Shown here: positions 39,043-48,224 of the stretch, piece after piece
How positions within the stretch are numbered: position 1 is the first letter of the stretch
Layout of the letters: every line of letters starts with the position of its first letter
Assembly: GCA_963775685.1 (NCBI GenBank)
Contig: CAVZJV010000014.1
Location: forward strand, 1,376,001-1,440,000
Reading direction: 5' to 3'
Source: Candidatus Bathyarchaeota archaeon
Lineage (GTDB): Archaea > Thermoproteota > Bathyarchaeia > Bathyarchaeales > Bathycorpusculaceae
DNA length: 64,000 nucleotides
Notes under the pieces: model-generated
The model's database searches: none
Told to the model about the DNA's origin: nothing
What the model saw: only the letters and a program-made list of their open reading frames with translations
Position numbers and translations under genes: made by a program

Positions 39043-41696
39043 GGTGGCAAAGTCTTAGACATGAAAACTGAATATTCGTCTGCTGACTTAGAGGTAAATC
39101 CTTTTTTACCGCACAGATTAAGCATCTTTTCATTTTCGGGACTAACATCACTATAAATGGTTTCTAACTTAAGGTCGGTACCTATGTCTAGTAGGTAGTC
39201 CATAAGTTTTGAACCTAACCCTAACCCATGCCAAGAATCGCTCACCATAACTGCGAATTCCCCATTCTTCCTCTCACTGTCAAGAATTAACCGCACCACA
39301 CCGATAAGCCTACTATCCTCAAGCTGGGCAACTATCGCGACTTCTCGGTCATAGTCAAGATTGCAGTACCTAGAGAGCGTATCATGTGACATTTCGTTAA
39401 TGGCTTCAAAAAACCGGAACCTCACACTCTGGGCAGATAGGGATTTGAAGAGCGCGTTGAATCGGTTCTCGTCCTCGGGCTTTATGGGTCGAAGAGTCAC
39501 CTGAACGCCATTTTTCAAAGTTCTCTTTGTTATATATTTTTTCGGGTAAGATGCTATGACCAGATTTTCGGGGTGCTCAGCGCCCTGGCATAAAAATCGC
39601 GACATATCTATTGATATTTGGGCATCAGCTGCGTATGCCTTGTTGTCCTTAACAATTATTGGATTTATGTCGATTTTTTTTATCTCCGGAAAATCCACGA
39701 CAAGCTGAGAAAACCTGATTATAATTTCTTCAATTGGTCCATTTTCAAACTGGTCAGCACATGCATCTTTGCAGTATTGCAGCGCCTTGGTGTTTTCCAT
39801 AATTTGCCGGGAAAGAACCTGATTTAAAGGAGGAAAACCAACGCTTAACTCCCTGTCTTTTTCTATTAAGGCGCCTCCTGTTCCTAAACAGACAATTGAA
39901 CCAAACTGAGGGTCCTTTCTTGAACCTAAAAACAGGCGACAGGGGGCATTGAGCACTTTTGGTTGAATCGCTACTCCATGAAATTCAGCCGTTTCACTTG
40001 ATGCCTTGGCCTCATCAAACAATTGATTGAACTGAAAACAAAGATGATCAGGAGAAAAAACATCAAAACCAAAACTTTGATTTTCATGTTTAGGGCTTAC
40101 ATGTGAATTGAGATTTTTCATTACTAACGGGTAGCCAAGTTGTAAAGCAAAAGCAGCGGATTCTTCGGCGTTTCTAGCTATAAGTGTTTTCACGGTAGGA
40201 ATCTTATACGCCTCTAAGAACTGGAAAGATTCAGGTAAATTTAGAATTTCTCTGCCTTCACTAAAAACACGCCGTAAAATTGCTCTCAGATGCATCGGTG
40301 AAGCTTGGTCTACAAAAACCTCTTCAGGTGTTTGATAGAGCAGCTCCAAGTTTTGAGTTCGAGCATAGATGTTCATAAATGTTCTTACGGCTTCCTGAGG
40401 ACTTCGGAAAGCTGGAATACCGTTGCTATGCAGTGTTCTTCTTGCTTCTTGGCATTGGGGGTCTTCACCCATTAGGCAAACGAAGATATTTTTTCTTGTT
40501 TGCTTAGCTGAAGCAACGATTAAATCGGCCAAGCTACTAGGGCTGGTTAAGCCGGTGGGGGCATATATCACTAGGAGGTTACTTCTTGTGTGATCATCTA
40601 TGCAGGTTTGTATTACCTTTCGGTATCTTTCCGGGGGTGCCTCTTCCAGAAGATCAATAGGGTTCTTTAAGCCACAATAGTAGGGTAAAATGTTTCTTAA
40701 AGCTTGAACAGTTGAATCGCTTATTTCTGCAAGTTTGCCGCCTCGTCTGTTTATTTGGTCCAAAGCCATTAGTGCCGGACCAGCAGCATTCGTTACTATA
40801 GTTAAATCTGGAACCTCGGGACTTGAATGCATAGCCAACGTTTTTGCACAATCAAAAAGCCCGTTAATGGTTTCAACCCGAACCACGCCGCTTCTTCTAA
40901 ACGCAGCATCATGAATTGCTTCTTTGAGTTGACCAGTGTCAGAGACTCCAAAATTTTGATATTCATCCTTTCGGCTGGGCTTAACTATGATGATCGGTTT
41001 GGTTTTGGCAAATCCTCGTGCTGCACTGATGAAGTTTCTCGCATTTTTAATAGACTCTACGTAAAGCATTATAATACGAGTACGAGGGTCATTTCCAAAA
41101 TATTCAATCAAATCACCTATGTTAACATCGATGGTTTGACCCAATGAGACGACCGCACTAAGTCCAACTTGTGTTTCCAAAGACCAATCCAGAGCTGCCC
41201 CGCAAAATGCTCCGCTTTGGGATATGAAGGCAATTTTTCCAGGCACTGCCTTCTTTTCCGCAAAGGTTGCATATAGGTTCGCATTTGGCCTTATAATGCC
41301 AAAACTGTTGGGGCCTATTATCCTCATTCCATAGGTTCTTTTGCAATCAAAAATTCTCCGTGAAAGCTCTTTGCCGATTATGTCGCATTCACGGAAACCA
41401 GCAGAAACAATCACAGCATTTAAAACTCCTGCCATTCCACATTCTTCCACAATCTGGGGAACCGTGTGGGCGGGGGTTGCTATAATTGCAAGATCTACTT
41501 TGGAGGGTACTCGATCTATGCTTGGAAATGCTGTAAGCCCCTGTACGGTTTGCCTAAAGACGTTAACGGGAAAAATTTTCCCCTCGTAACTTCCGAGGAG
41601 GTTGCGCAGAATCCTAGTTCCTATGGAATCTATGCGTTCGCTTGCCCCTATAACAGCGATGGCTTTGGGACTGAAAAAGCCTTTAAGATTACCCAT
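39039..41696 (-). CDS. Pat/PatZ-type protein lysine acetyltransferase (NDP-forming acyl-CoA ligase-like domains + GNAT)
   Basis: AVIGAS, IIGPNSFG, ISQSGA, NPIDL and DINP motifs, then GNAT (LRPIKPED, SVRFRFF, WHGLGLG). The ligase SHTG motif reads SDTG. Confidence 0.88.
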   Translation of the reverse strand: MGNLKGFFSPKAIAVIGASERIDSIGTRILRNLLGSYEGKIFPVNVFRQTVQGLTAFPSIDRVPSKVDLAIIATPAHTVPQIVEECGMAGVLNAVIVSAGFRECDIIGKELSRRIFDCKRTYGMRIIGPNSFGIIRPNANLYATFAEKKAVPGKIAFISQSGAFCGAALDWSLETQVGLSAVVSLGQTIDVNIGDLIEYFGNDPRTRIIMLYVESIKNARNFISAARGFAKTKPIIIVKPSRKDEYQNFGVSDTGQLKEAIHDAAFRRSGVVRVETINGLFDCAKTLAMHSSPEVPDLTIVTNAAGPALMALDQINRRGGKLAEISDSTVQALRNILPYYCGLKNPIDLLEEAPPERYRKVIQTCIDDHTRSNLLVIYAPTGLTSPSSLADLIVASAKQTRKNIFVCLMGEDPQCQEARRTLHSNGIPAFRSPQEAVRTFMNIYARTQNLELLYQTPEEVFVDQASPMHLRAILRRVFSEGREILNLPESFQFLEAYKIPTVKTLIARNAEESAAFALQLGYPLVMKNLNSHVSPKHENQSFGFDVFSPDHLCFQFNQLFDEAKASSETAEFHGVAIQPKVLNAPCRLFLGSRKDPQFGSIVCLGTGGALIEKDRELSVGFPPLNQVLSRQIMENTKALQYCKDACADQFENGPIEEIIIRFSQLVVDFPEIKKIDINPIIVKDNKAYAADAQISIDMSRFLCQGAEHPENLVIASYPKKYITKRTLKNGVQVTLRPIKPEDENRFNALFKSLSAQSVRFRFFEAINEMSHDTLSRYCNLDYDREVAIVAQLEDSRLIGVVRLILDSERKNGEFAVMVSDSWHGLGLGSKLMDYLLDIGTDLKLETIYSDVSPENEKMLNLCGKKGFTSKSADEYSVFMSKTLPP

Positions 41697-41743
41697 AACT
41701 TAAGGATCACCTGCTCATTAATTGGAAATTTTAGGGAAATAGG

Positions 41744-43057
41744 CTATGTTAGGTCAACTTTAACGATATGGGTTGAGCAAGAGATGCATGGATCGTAAGC
41801 CCGCACAAGCATTTCTAAAGCAAGTTCAATTTCTTTTTGCTGCTTATTTACAACCTGTGGCACCAGCGCTTTCATGTCTAGGGAAATGTTACCGTGGTTC
41901 TGGTTAGTGGGAATAACACAGTTTGCTTTTGTACACACCCCAGCATCGTTGTAGGTGTAATCATGGAACAAGATACCACGCGGCACCTCGACTGCACCAA
42001 CGCCTTTTCCTGCTTTAACTTTGATACTTGGATTGTTGTAGTCCGGCTGACCTTTAAGTCCCGCAGCCTCAAGCTCATTGATTAACCGCACAGAATCTTC
42101 CACACTATGCACCACCTCAACGAGTTGAGCAATACTGTTCATGAACGGGTCATGACACACTGGCTTGAGGTCGAACAGCTCAGCTGTTTTCTGAGCCATA
42201 GGCGACAGCATTCGATAGTTAAGGTTAAGTCTAGCCAAAGCGCCAACCATGTAGGAATCTCTGTTGTGTTTTGCCCATTTGGCGGTCGAATGTGGGACAA
42301 CGTATTCGTTGGTGTATGTTAGATATTCGTTTACTGGCGCTGTCCCTGTGTCTGTAGATGCTAACTGTCCATCGTAGAGGGCGTATTCGTTGGGATCAGA
42401 AAGAGCAATGAATTCAGTTTCACGCTCGAAGGTGGGGAAGTTGCCTGCTAAACTCTTAAACAGCCCTGCAACGGCTTGAAGGTTAGGAATCGAATCCTTC
42501 AGCTTCTTTCGCATAGCCACCAATTCCTTGATTGAAGGAATTTTAGAGAAGCCACCAGGGATTAATCTTTGCGGATGAGTGGTTCTGCCGCACAGCATGT
42601 TTGACATTTCGTTTGCGGTTCGGTGAAGTTGAAGGACAATTTTGACTTCTGCCAGATTTGTTGAGGCGAGGGGAATAACTGAGCCCACGTTCATCAAATC
42701 AGGAAGAACTAAAAAGCCTAGATGTAGAATGTGGCTTTGCATGTTTTCAGCGTGTAGGGCTAACTTGCGCAGTTTTAGGTCTTGTTCATTTATCTGTATT
42801 CCCATAGCAGCTTCCGTTGCTTTCAACGAAGCAAGCGTGTGGCCGATTGAACAGATACCACATATACGCGAGGTGATGTGGTGCAGCTCGTTCCATGATC
42901 GTCCTACAACCATAGCTTCGAAGTACCTTGGAGCTTCAGGGATGCTCCATTCGCATTTTTCTATGGCGCCATTCCTTATGGATACGTTAATGTTTCCATG
43001 GCCTTCAACCCTTGTTATGTGATGGACATTTACGTCGACATTTTTTTGTTCACTCAT
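41744..43057 (-). CDS. hydA: [NiFe] hydrogenase large (alpha) subunit, group 3b-like
   Basis: TRVEGH, L1 RICGIC, EVPRG and L2 DPCISCSTH motifs plus a short C-terminal extension. Confidence 0.93.
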   Translation of the reverse strand: MSEQKNVDVNVHHITRVEGHGNINVSIRNGAIEKCEWSIPEAPRYFEAMVVGRSWNELHHITSRICGICSIGHTLASLKATEAAMGIQINEQDLKLRKLALHAENMQSHILHLGFLVLPDLMNVGSVIPLASTNLAEVKIVLQLHRTANEMSNMLCGRTTHPQRLIPGGFSKIPSIKELVAMRKKLKDSIPNLQAVAGLFKSLAGNFPTFERETEFIALSDPNEYALYDGQLASTDTGTAPVNEYLTYTNEYVVPHSTAKWAKHNRDSYMVGALARLNLNYRMLSPMAQKTAELFDLKPVCHDPFMNSIAQLVEVVHSVEDSVRLINELEAAGLKGQPDYNNPSIKVKAGKGVGAVEVPRGILFHDYTYNDAGVCTKANCVIPTNQNHGNISLDMKALVPQVVNKQQKEIELALEMLVRAYDPCISCSTHIVKVDLT

Positions 43058-43791
43058 CTTTTTGCCTCCTGCCAACCAAAATATAACCTAAACTTGTTTA
43101 TTGCATCGTCAACTGTCTGACCGTATTTTATAAGAACTTCTTTTTGGGAGTTCTCATTGGGGTTATCGATTAAGCCCCGGCACCCCCAGCAAATTGTTCC
43201 CTCATTAACACAGCATGAGTTGCAGCCAGCTCTAGTGACTGTTCCAACACAGAATTGGCCGCGTTCAAAGGCACAAACGTTCTCGTTTTTCTTGCATTCA
43301 ACACAGACAGGATAGGTCGGTGTTTCAGGTTTCTTTCCCAAGAGAAGCGATTTGACCACCTGCAGGAAATCTTCACGGTCGATTGGGCAGCCATAAACAT
43401 ACGCGTCAACAGGGACAACAGCATCAATTGGTCTTGCAGCATAGGAGTCAAAGAGCCGCGCGTCTTCGCCATACACCATCTTTTTAACGCTATCTAAGTC
43501 CTTGTAGTTTCTAAGGGAATTAATACCGCCAATCGCAGCACAAGAGCCGATCGCTACCACAATTTTAGCATTTTTCCTGATTTGCTTTAGCCGGTCTTCA
43601 TCTTGCAGTCTTGTGCATGAGCCTTCGACAAAGGCGATATCGTAGTTGTCGCTTTGTTCTTTCATAACTTCTCTGAAGGTTACAACTTCAACTTGCCCAA
43701 GAAGAGCCAAAAGGTCCTCTTCGAGATTAGCGACTTGCAGTTGATCTCCTTCACAGCCTGCAAAATCAAAAAATGCAACTTTAGGTTTCAT
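43054..43791 (-). CDS. hydD: [NiFe] hydrogenase small (delta) subunit
   Basis: GCEGD, VEGS, GSCA, GCP, VCVEC, C.GTVTRAGC and CWGCRG motifs. Confidence 0.9.
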   Translation of the reverse strand: MKPKVAFFDFAGCEGDQLQVANLEEDLLALLGQVEVVTFREVMKEQSDNYDIAFVEGSCTRLQDEDRLKQIRKNAKIVVAIGSCAAIGGINSLRNYKDLDSVKKMVYGEDARLFDSYAARPIDAVVPVDAYVYGCPIDREDFLQVVKSLLLGKKPETPTYPVCVECKKNENVCAFERGQFCVGTVTRAGCNSCCVNEGTICWGCRGLIDNPNENSQKEVLIKYGQTVDDAINKFRLYFGWQEAKR

Positions 43792-43792
43792 T

Positions 43793-45709
43793 TTATAGCG
43801 CCTCCGGAACTCCTTTTATTTTTGCATAATTAAACACAGGCCCATCCTTGCATACGTATATCTGGTTAATTTGGCAGTGACCGCATTTACCGACACCACA
43901 CTTCATTCTGCGTTCAAGCGACATTATTATATGGTTATCCGGCATCTTTTTGGCTTTCAGGTCGGCGATTACGAATTTGTACATAACTGGAGGTCCGCAA
44001 AGTATGGCAAGGGTTTGTTCTGGGTCAAATGATACTTGTGGAATAAGAGTTGTGATTACACCGATATTGCCTGTCCAAACTTCATTTTCGGGGCACCAGT
44101 TGACAGTAGATTTCAATTCAACATCGTCTCTTAGAGCCAACGCAGCGATTTCTTCGCCGAAAAGCAACTCCTTTGGTTCTTTGCAGCCATATAGTAGAAG
44201 AACACGTCCGTAGTCTTTTCGGTTGTCAAGCACATAATTGAACAGGGATCGAAGAGGAGCAATTCCCAATCCGCCTGCAATGAACAAGAGGTCTTTGCTC
44301 TTAAGGTAATCAACATCAAAGCCATTGCCGAAGGGTCCCCGGATGCCCACTTTGTCGCCATCGTTTAGTTTGTGAAGTCTTGTGGTGACGTTTCCTAGCT
44401 TGCGGACGCAGATTTCAAACGTTCCCTTCTTTGTGGGCGAGGAAGACAAGGATATTGGAGCTTCACCTATGCCGAACGCAGATACTTCGACAAACTGGCC
44501 GGGTTTATGATTAAGCTCAGAACCATCGTCTAATTTTATCTCAAAGAGGGTTTCAAGGGCAGTCATTGGGGTCTTTTTGACTATGGTTGCTAGTTTGGGT
44601 ACGAAGTTGATGTTGCCTTCGGTTTGGATGTTTATGTCTGGGGCAGCGCCGGCTTTGATTTGGCTACCGCCATCTTGCAGTTCATGATACATATCATTGA
44701 ATAGGTCGACGGGATTGGCTATGTTTGGAAGACAGTTTGAGGAGCATCTACCGCAGCCAACGCAAGAGACAAAGCCGAAGCGGTCAAACAAGTATTTTCC
44801 TTTTTTGAAGTAACGGTGACGGTACCTTGAGGGTCTGGTTGCACGGAAATTCTCGCCTGAGGCAATCTTGGCAAAATCCTCCAGCAAACATCCATCCCAA
44901 GTTCTGATTCTTTCACCTGCTTCCAAAGTAAGGTCAGGGTTATCTTTAACGTCAAAGCAGTAGCAGGTTGGGCAAACTAGAACACACGAGCCGCAGGCCA
45001 AACATTTCTCCGAATGCTTTTCCCAAAAGCCACTTTTTCCGTAGCTGTCCTTTAGCAGTTCGGGAATCAATTCTGGAGAGAAGTCGAAATTTTGCTGAGA
45101 GACATCCATGATTTCTCTTTTTTTCTGCCCAGCAACCTGAATATCGCGAGCTAAGGCTGTTTCGACGTTTTTTGCGTATTTGGATAATAATTCTTCGCCT
45201 TTTTGTGATCCAATGTTGATCACGTATCTGTTGCCTAAATCTGTTAACATAAGGTCGAAGCCGTAGTCAACGGTGGACGAACCCATGTATGAAGAGAAAT
45301 TCCATTTTGACAGTTTCTGGATGTTGACGCCGATTATTACTGATGATTCACGTTTCTTGAAGTAGTATGGGTCTGATTTTGTTTCTCTAAAAATCTCATC
45401 CATGTGAAGAAGTGCGATGAGATCGTATGGGTGGACACCGATTAACACCATAGGTTTGGCCTCTTCGGGTTTTTTTGCGGAAAACCCACCGGCTAAATCA
45501 TAGGTAAACAAGGTTTCTCGCTGCGGAAAGAAATATTTTTTTGGAGGCAACAAAGTGACATCGTAGTCGAGTCGTAGCTCCTCGGCGGTTTGCAGGGGCG
45601 CAAAAGCAAATTTGTTGCCGCGGGATTTTACTCCGATAACATTCAAAGAGTCATCGTTTATCAAGTTATTTACAAAATCAGCAAAATCAGACTTTAAAAT
45701 GATCTTCAT
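43793..45709 (-). CDS. Fused sulfhydrogenase beta (4Fe-4S) and gamma (FAD/NAD(P)H, 2Fe-2S) subunits
   Basis: CLACGSC...CPTCYC and CVGCGRC...C in the N-terminal half; RGPFGNGF, AGGLGIAP, CGPP and CGVGKCGHC...C in the C-terminal half. Confidence 0.9.
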   Translation of the reverse strand: MKIILKSDFADFVNNLINDDSLNVIGVKSRGNKFAFAPLQTAEELRLDYDVTLLPPKKYFFPQRETLFTYDLAGGFSAKKPEEAKPMVLIGVHPYDLIALLHMDEIFRETKSDPYYFKKRESSVIIGVNIQKLSKWNFSSYMGSSTVDYGFDLMLTDLGNRYVINIGSQKGEELLSKYAKNVETALARDIQVAGQKKREIMDVSQQNFDFSPELIPELLKDSYGKSGFWEKHSEKCLACGSCVLVCPTCYCFDVKDNPDLTLEAGERIRTWDGCLLEDFAKIASGENFRATRPSRYRHRYFKKGKYLFDRFGFVSCVGCGRCSSNCLPNIANPVDLFNDMYHELQDGGSQIKAGAAPDINIQTEGNINFVPKLATIVKKTPMTALETLFEIKLDDGSELNHKPGQFVEVSAFGIGEAPISLSSSPTKKGTFEICVRKLGNVTTRLHKLNDGDKVGIRGPFGNGFDVDYLKSKDLLFIAGGLGIAPLRSLFNYVLDNRKDYGRVLLLYGCKEPKELLFGEEIAALALRDDVELKSTVNWCPENEVWTGNIGVITTLIPQVSFDPEQTLAILCGPPVMYKFVIADLKAKKMPDNHIIMSLERRMKCGVGKCGHCQINQIYVCKDGPVFNYAKIKGVPEAL

Positions 45710-45872
45710 ATGACCATTCTCTCTCCCAAATTGATGTTTAGGAATTGATATAAAGTTGTGAAAGATGAAATTTAAAGGTTTGTGGAATTACCTAAATATG
45801 CAAGGTCCAACAGGATGAAGAAAAATCAGAGCGTGGGATGGCGAAAAAGCTGTTCTTTAGCCTGCGTTTGCG

Positions 45873-46461
45873 CTATATTGTTCTCTTTGCACCGCAGTTA
45901 GGGCAAACCGTCAACGTCTGCTCCATTAAGCCTTGGCAGTACTTGCATCGAATCATAACAACTGTCCTTACCACTTCCCTTTGCACTGCTGACACTTGGC
46001 ATAGTTAGCACTATAACTTGGATTTCGCTTGTTTCAGTGATCCTATCCGGTCTATCATCCACGGCAAGAACGCCATATAAAAACACTTAACATAATGGTC
46101 AACATTGTAGGTGGTTTCTTTAGTCGCAAAAAGAACAATCAACGAAAATGGGTATGAAACAGCAAAACCTGCCGGAATCCGGGCGGCCCAAAAAAAGAAG
46201 TCTAATAAATCACCCCATTAGCCCATCACTCAACTTGTTGCGTCGAATATTGGTTGCCAACTATGAGTGTTTTCTTAAGACGTTCGTTACATGTAAACAA
46301 AGCCGCTGCTTTAGTCACATCAAACTCTTCATTTGAACAAATTTTAATTCCGCCAGTAACATTTCCCATAGAACGAAGGACAGTTTCTGTTCGTTTAACT
46401 CAATTTTCGCTTTCGGCGGGCCTGTTGTATTAAATATATCAGATAGCCATTTAGGGCTCAT
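45873..46461 (-). pseudogene. Decayed protein with a beta-rich (arrestin/SpoOM-like) body and C-terminal zinc ribbon
   Basis: Read by hand: MSPKWLSDIF...PKAKIEL / GGIKICSNEEFDV... / FLYGVLAVDDRPD...EIQV / EVVRTVVMIRCKYCQGLMEQTLTVCPNCGAKR*. Internal stops and frameshifts. Confidence 0.6.
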
Positions 46462-46606
46462 TTTTGTGTATCCCTAACTTGACTAAGTTCTGCTTGTTTT
46501 CTTTTATGCTTCTTAATAGTGGACAAGTTGGTGATGGAAAAAACCAATATGTTAAGGCAAAGCCCGGTGACAAAATCTAAAGTTTACGATAAAAAAATTC
46601 GTCGAT

Positions 46607-46996
46607 CTAATCTTGGTTTTCTATTTCTTTTGTTCTTAATCGGTCTTTTACGGTAGCTATGAGTTCTTCAGCTTTGACTGGTTTAACCAAAAAGTCATCA
46701 GCTCCATAATCAGCAGCTTTTTCCCCAACCTCTTCGCTGGAAAAACCTGTAATGATAATTTTGATAGTTTCGGGTTCTCTGTTCAACTCAAGGAGAAGGT
46801 CTGTTCCTTCCATATCAGGGAGTTTGACGTCAATTAGGCATACATTGAATTTTTCATTTCTTATCTTTTCAAGGGCATCCTTGCCTGTCTCAGATGTCTC
46901 AACTATGTAGCCTTCTTTTTCCAAAATACTCTTAAAAACCCTAAGAATGTTCGTGTCATCATCAACTACAAGAATTCTCTTATTTTCCTCGTTCAT
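46607..46996 (-). CDS. Stand-alone response regulator receiver (CheY-like)
   Basis: ILVVDDD, IDVKLPDMEG, ITG and VKP motifs; GGAGG Shine-Dalgarno. Confidence 0.93.
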   Translation of the reverse strand: MNEENKRILVVDDDTNILRVFKSILEKEGYIVETSETGKDALEKIRNEKFNVCLIDVKLPDMEGTDLLLELNREPETIKIIITGFSSEEVGEKAADYGADDFLVKPVKAEELIATVKDRLRTKEIENQD

Positions 46997-47180
46997 TTAA
47001 CTCCTCCAATTTACAAATATGAATCCTAAATGTTTGGGGTTTTATTGATTGGCATAAAACAATGCAGAAAGCCAATCTAAAGACGAAAGTCATCTTACTC
47101 AAGTAATTACAACAATAGAACAATAGTAGCAACCATTTTAAGGGTATGTGGATGGCTAAGCACAACAACAATAGGGAATT

Positions 47181-48137
47181 TTAAAATTTTGTCAAGTCAA
47201 TACCCAGCCTTTTTGAAACCGGGGGCAAGTCGTTTAAGATATAGACAAACGCGTAACCGCTCCAGTTGCCCCATCGTTTCTGGCCAGCCTCTTTGATGGA
47301 GAGTATAACAGCTCTTGGTTTTTCGGGTACTTTGCCGTAGAATAGCACGCTAAAGATTTTGGAGCTCCAAACATCAAGCGGAAAACCCATCCGAGGCATA
47401 ACCAGTTCAGCCGAGTATTCGCCGATTCCCCTCAAAGTCAACAGCTTCTTTTTTGCATCCTCTGGCTTCATCGAATAGAGCTTATCCATGCTTGGGAAGC
47501 CTTGGGTTAGGGCTACTGCGATGGTTTTGAGGTTTTTTGCTCTGTATCCCAACTTAGCTTTAACCATCAATTCTTCGACTTGGGCATTAGCGATGGTTTG
47601 GGTTGAGGGCAATACCCTATTGTTTTTCCATTAAAACTGACTTTGTCCCCAAAATTAGCCATAAGCAAGTCCATCATTTGGTTGCTTCGCTTCATAGGCG
47701 CCATCTGCAAAAACACCGCCAGGAGTAACGCTGGGAACAGGTCTGGCCAACCGACTGTATGCATACCGAAGAGGTCCTTGAATGCACTTTGCAGGATGTC
47801 ATCTTTTTGCTGAGGTTGCAGAAGTCTGTCAGGTCTTCCTCGGCTTTTAGGGCGCGTTTTAGTATCTGTGTTATGGCTTGTTTGTGGGAATCGCCTATTT
47901 TGCCTGAGAGTAGACTTCGCATTTTATCTGGGGCTTCTGAATCGTCCTTGTAGAATGCCGCTTTAGACATAGAAGTTCATCATTAAATCTTGTAGCACTC
48001 CTGCAAATACCCTTTTTCAAAAATTTCGTCGGGTGTTGACCAGTACCATCCTATCCTACCAGCTTGTGGATAGTGAATTCAAAGTTGTAAGGTGGAACTG
48101 CTTTAAGCTCAAATGTAAATATGCTCTTTAGGTTCAA
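47181..48137 (-). pseudogene. HhH-GPD (OGG/AlkA-like) DNA glycosylase, multiply frameshifted
   Basis: MNLKSIFTFELKAVPPYNF start, LQMAPMKRS, LGYRAK, HhH LRGIGEYSAE and FPLDVW are spread over at least four frame segments. Confidence 0.8.
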
Positions 48138-48224
48138 GATGAAACCTAACTATACAGGTGACGTTTTAGGTATTTATAGTGGGAGGGCAGCTCTTGAGAG
48201 ACAGCCAAAACTGTTCGAAGGTTT

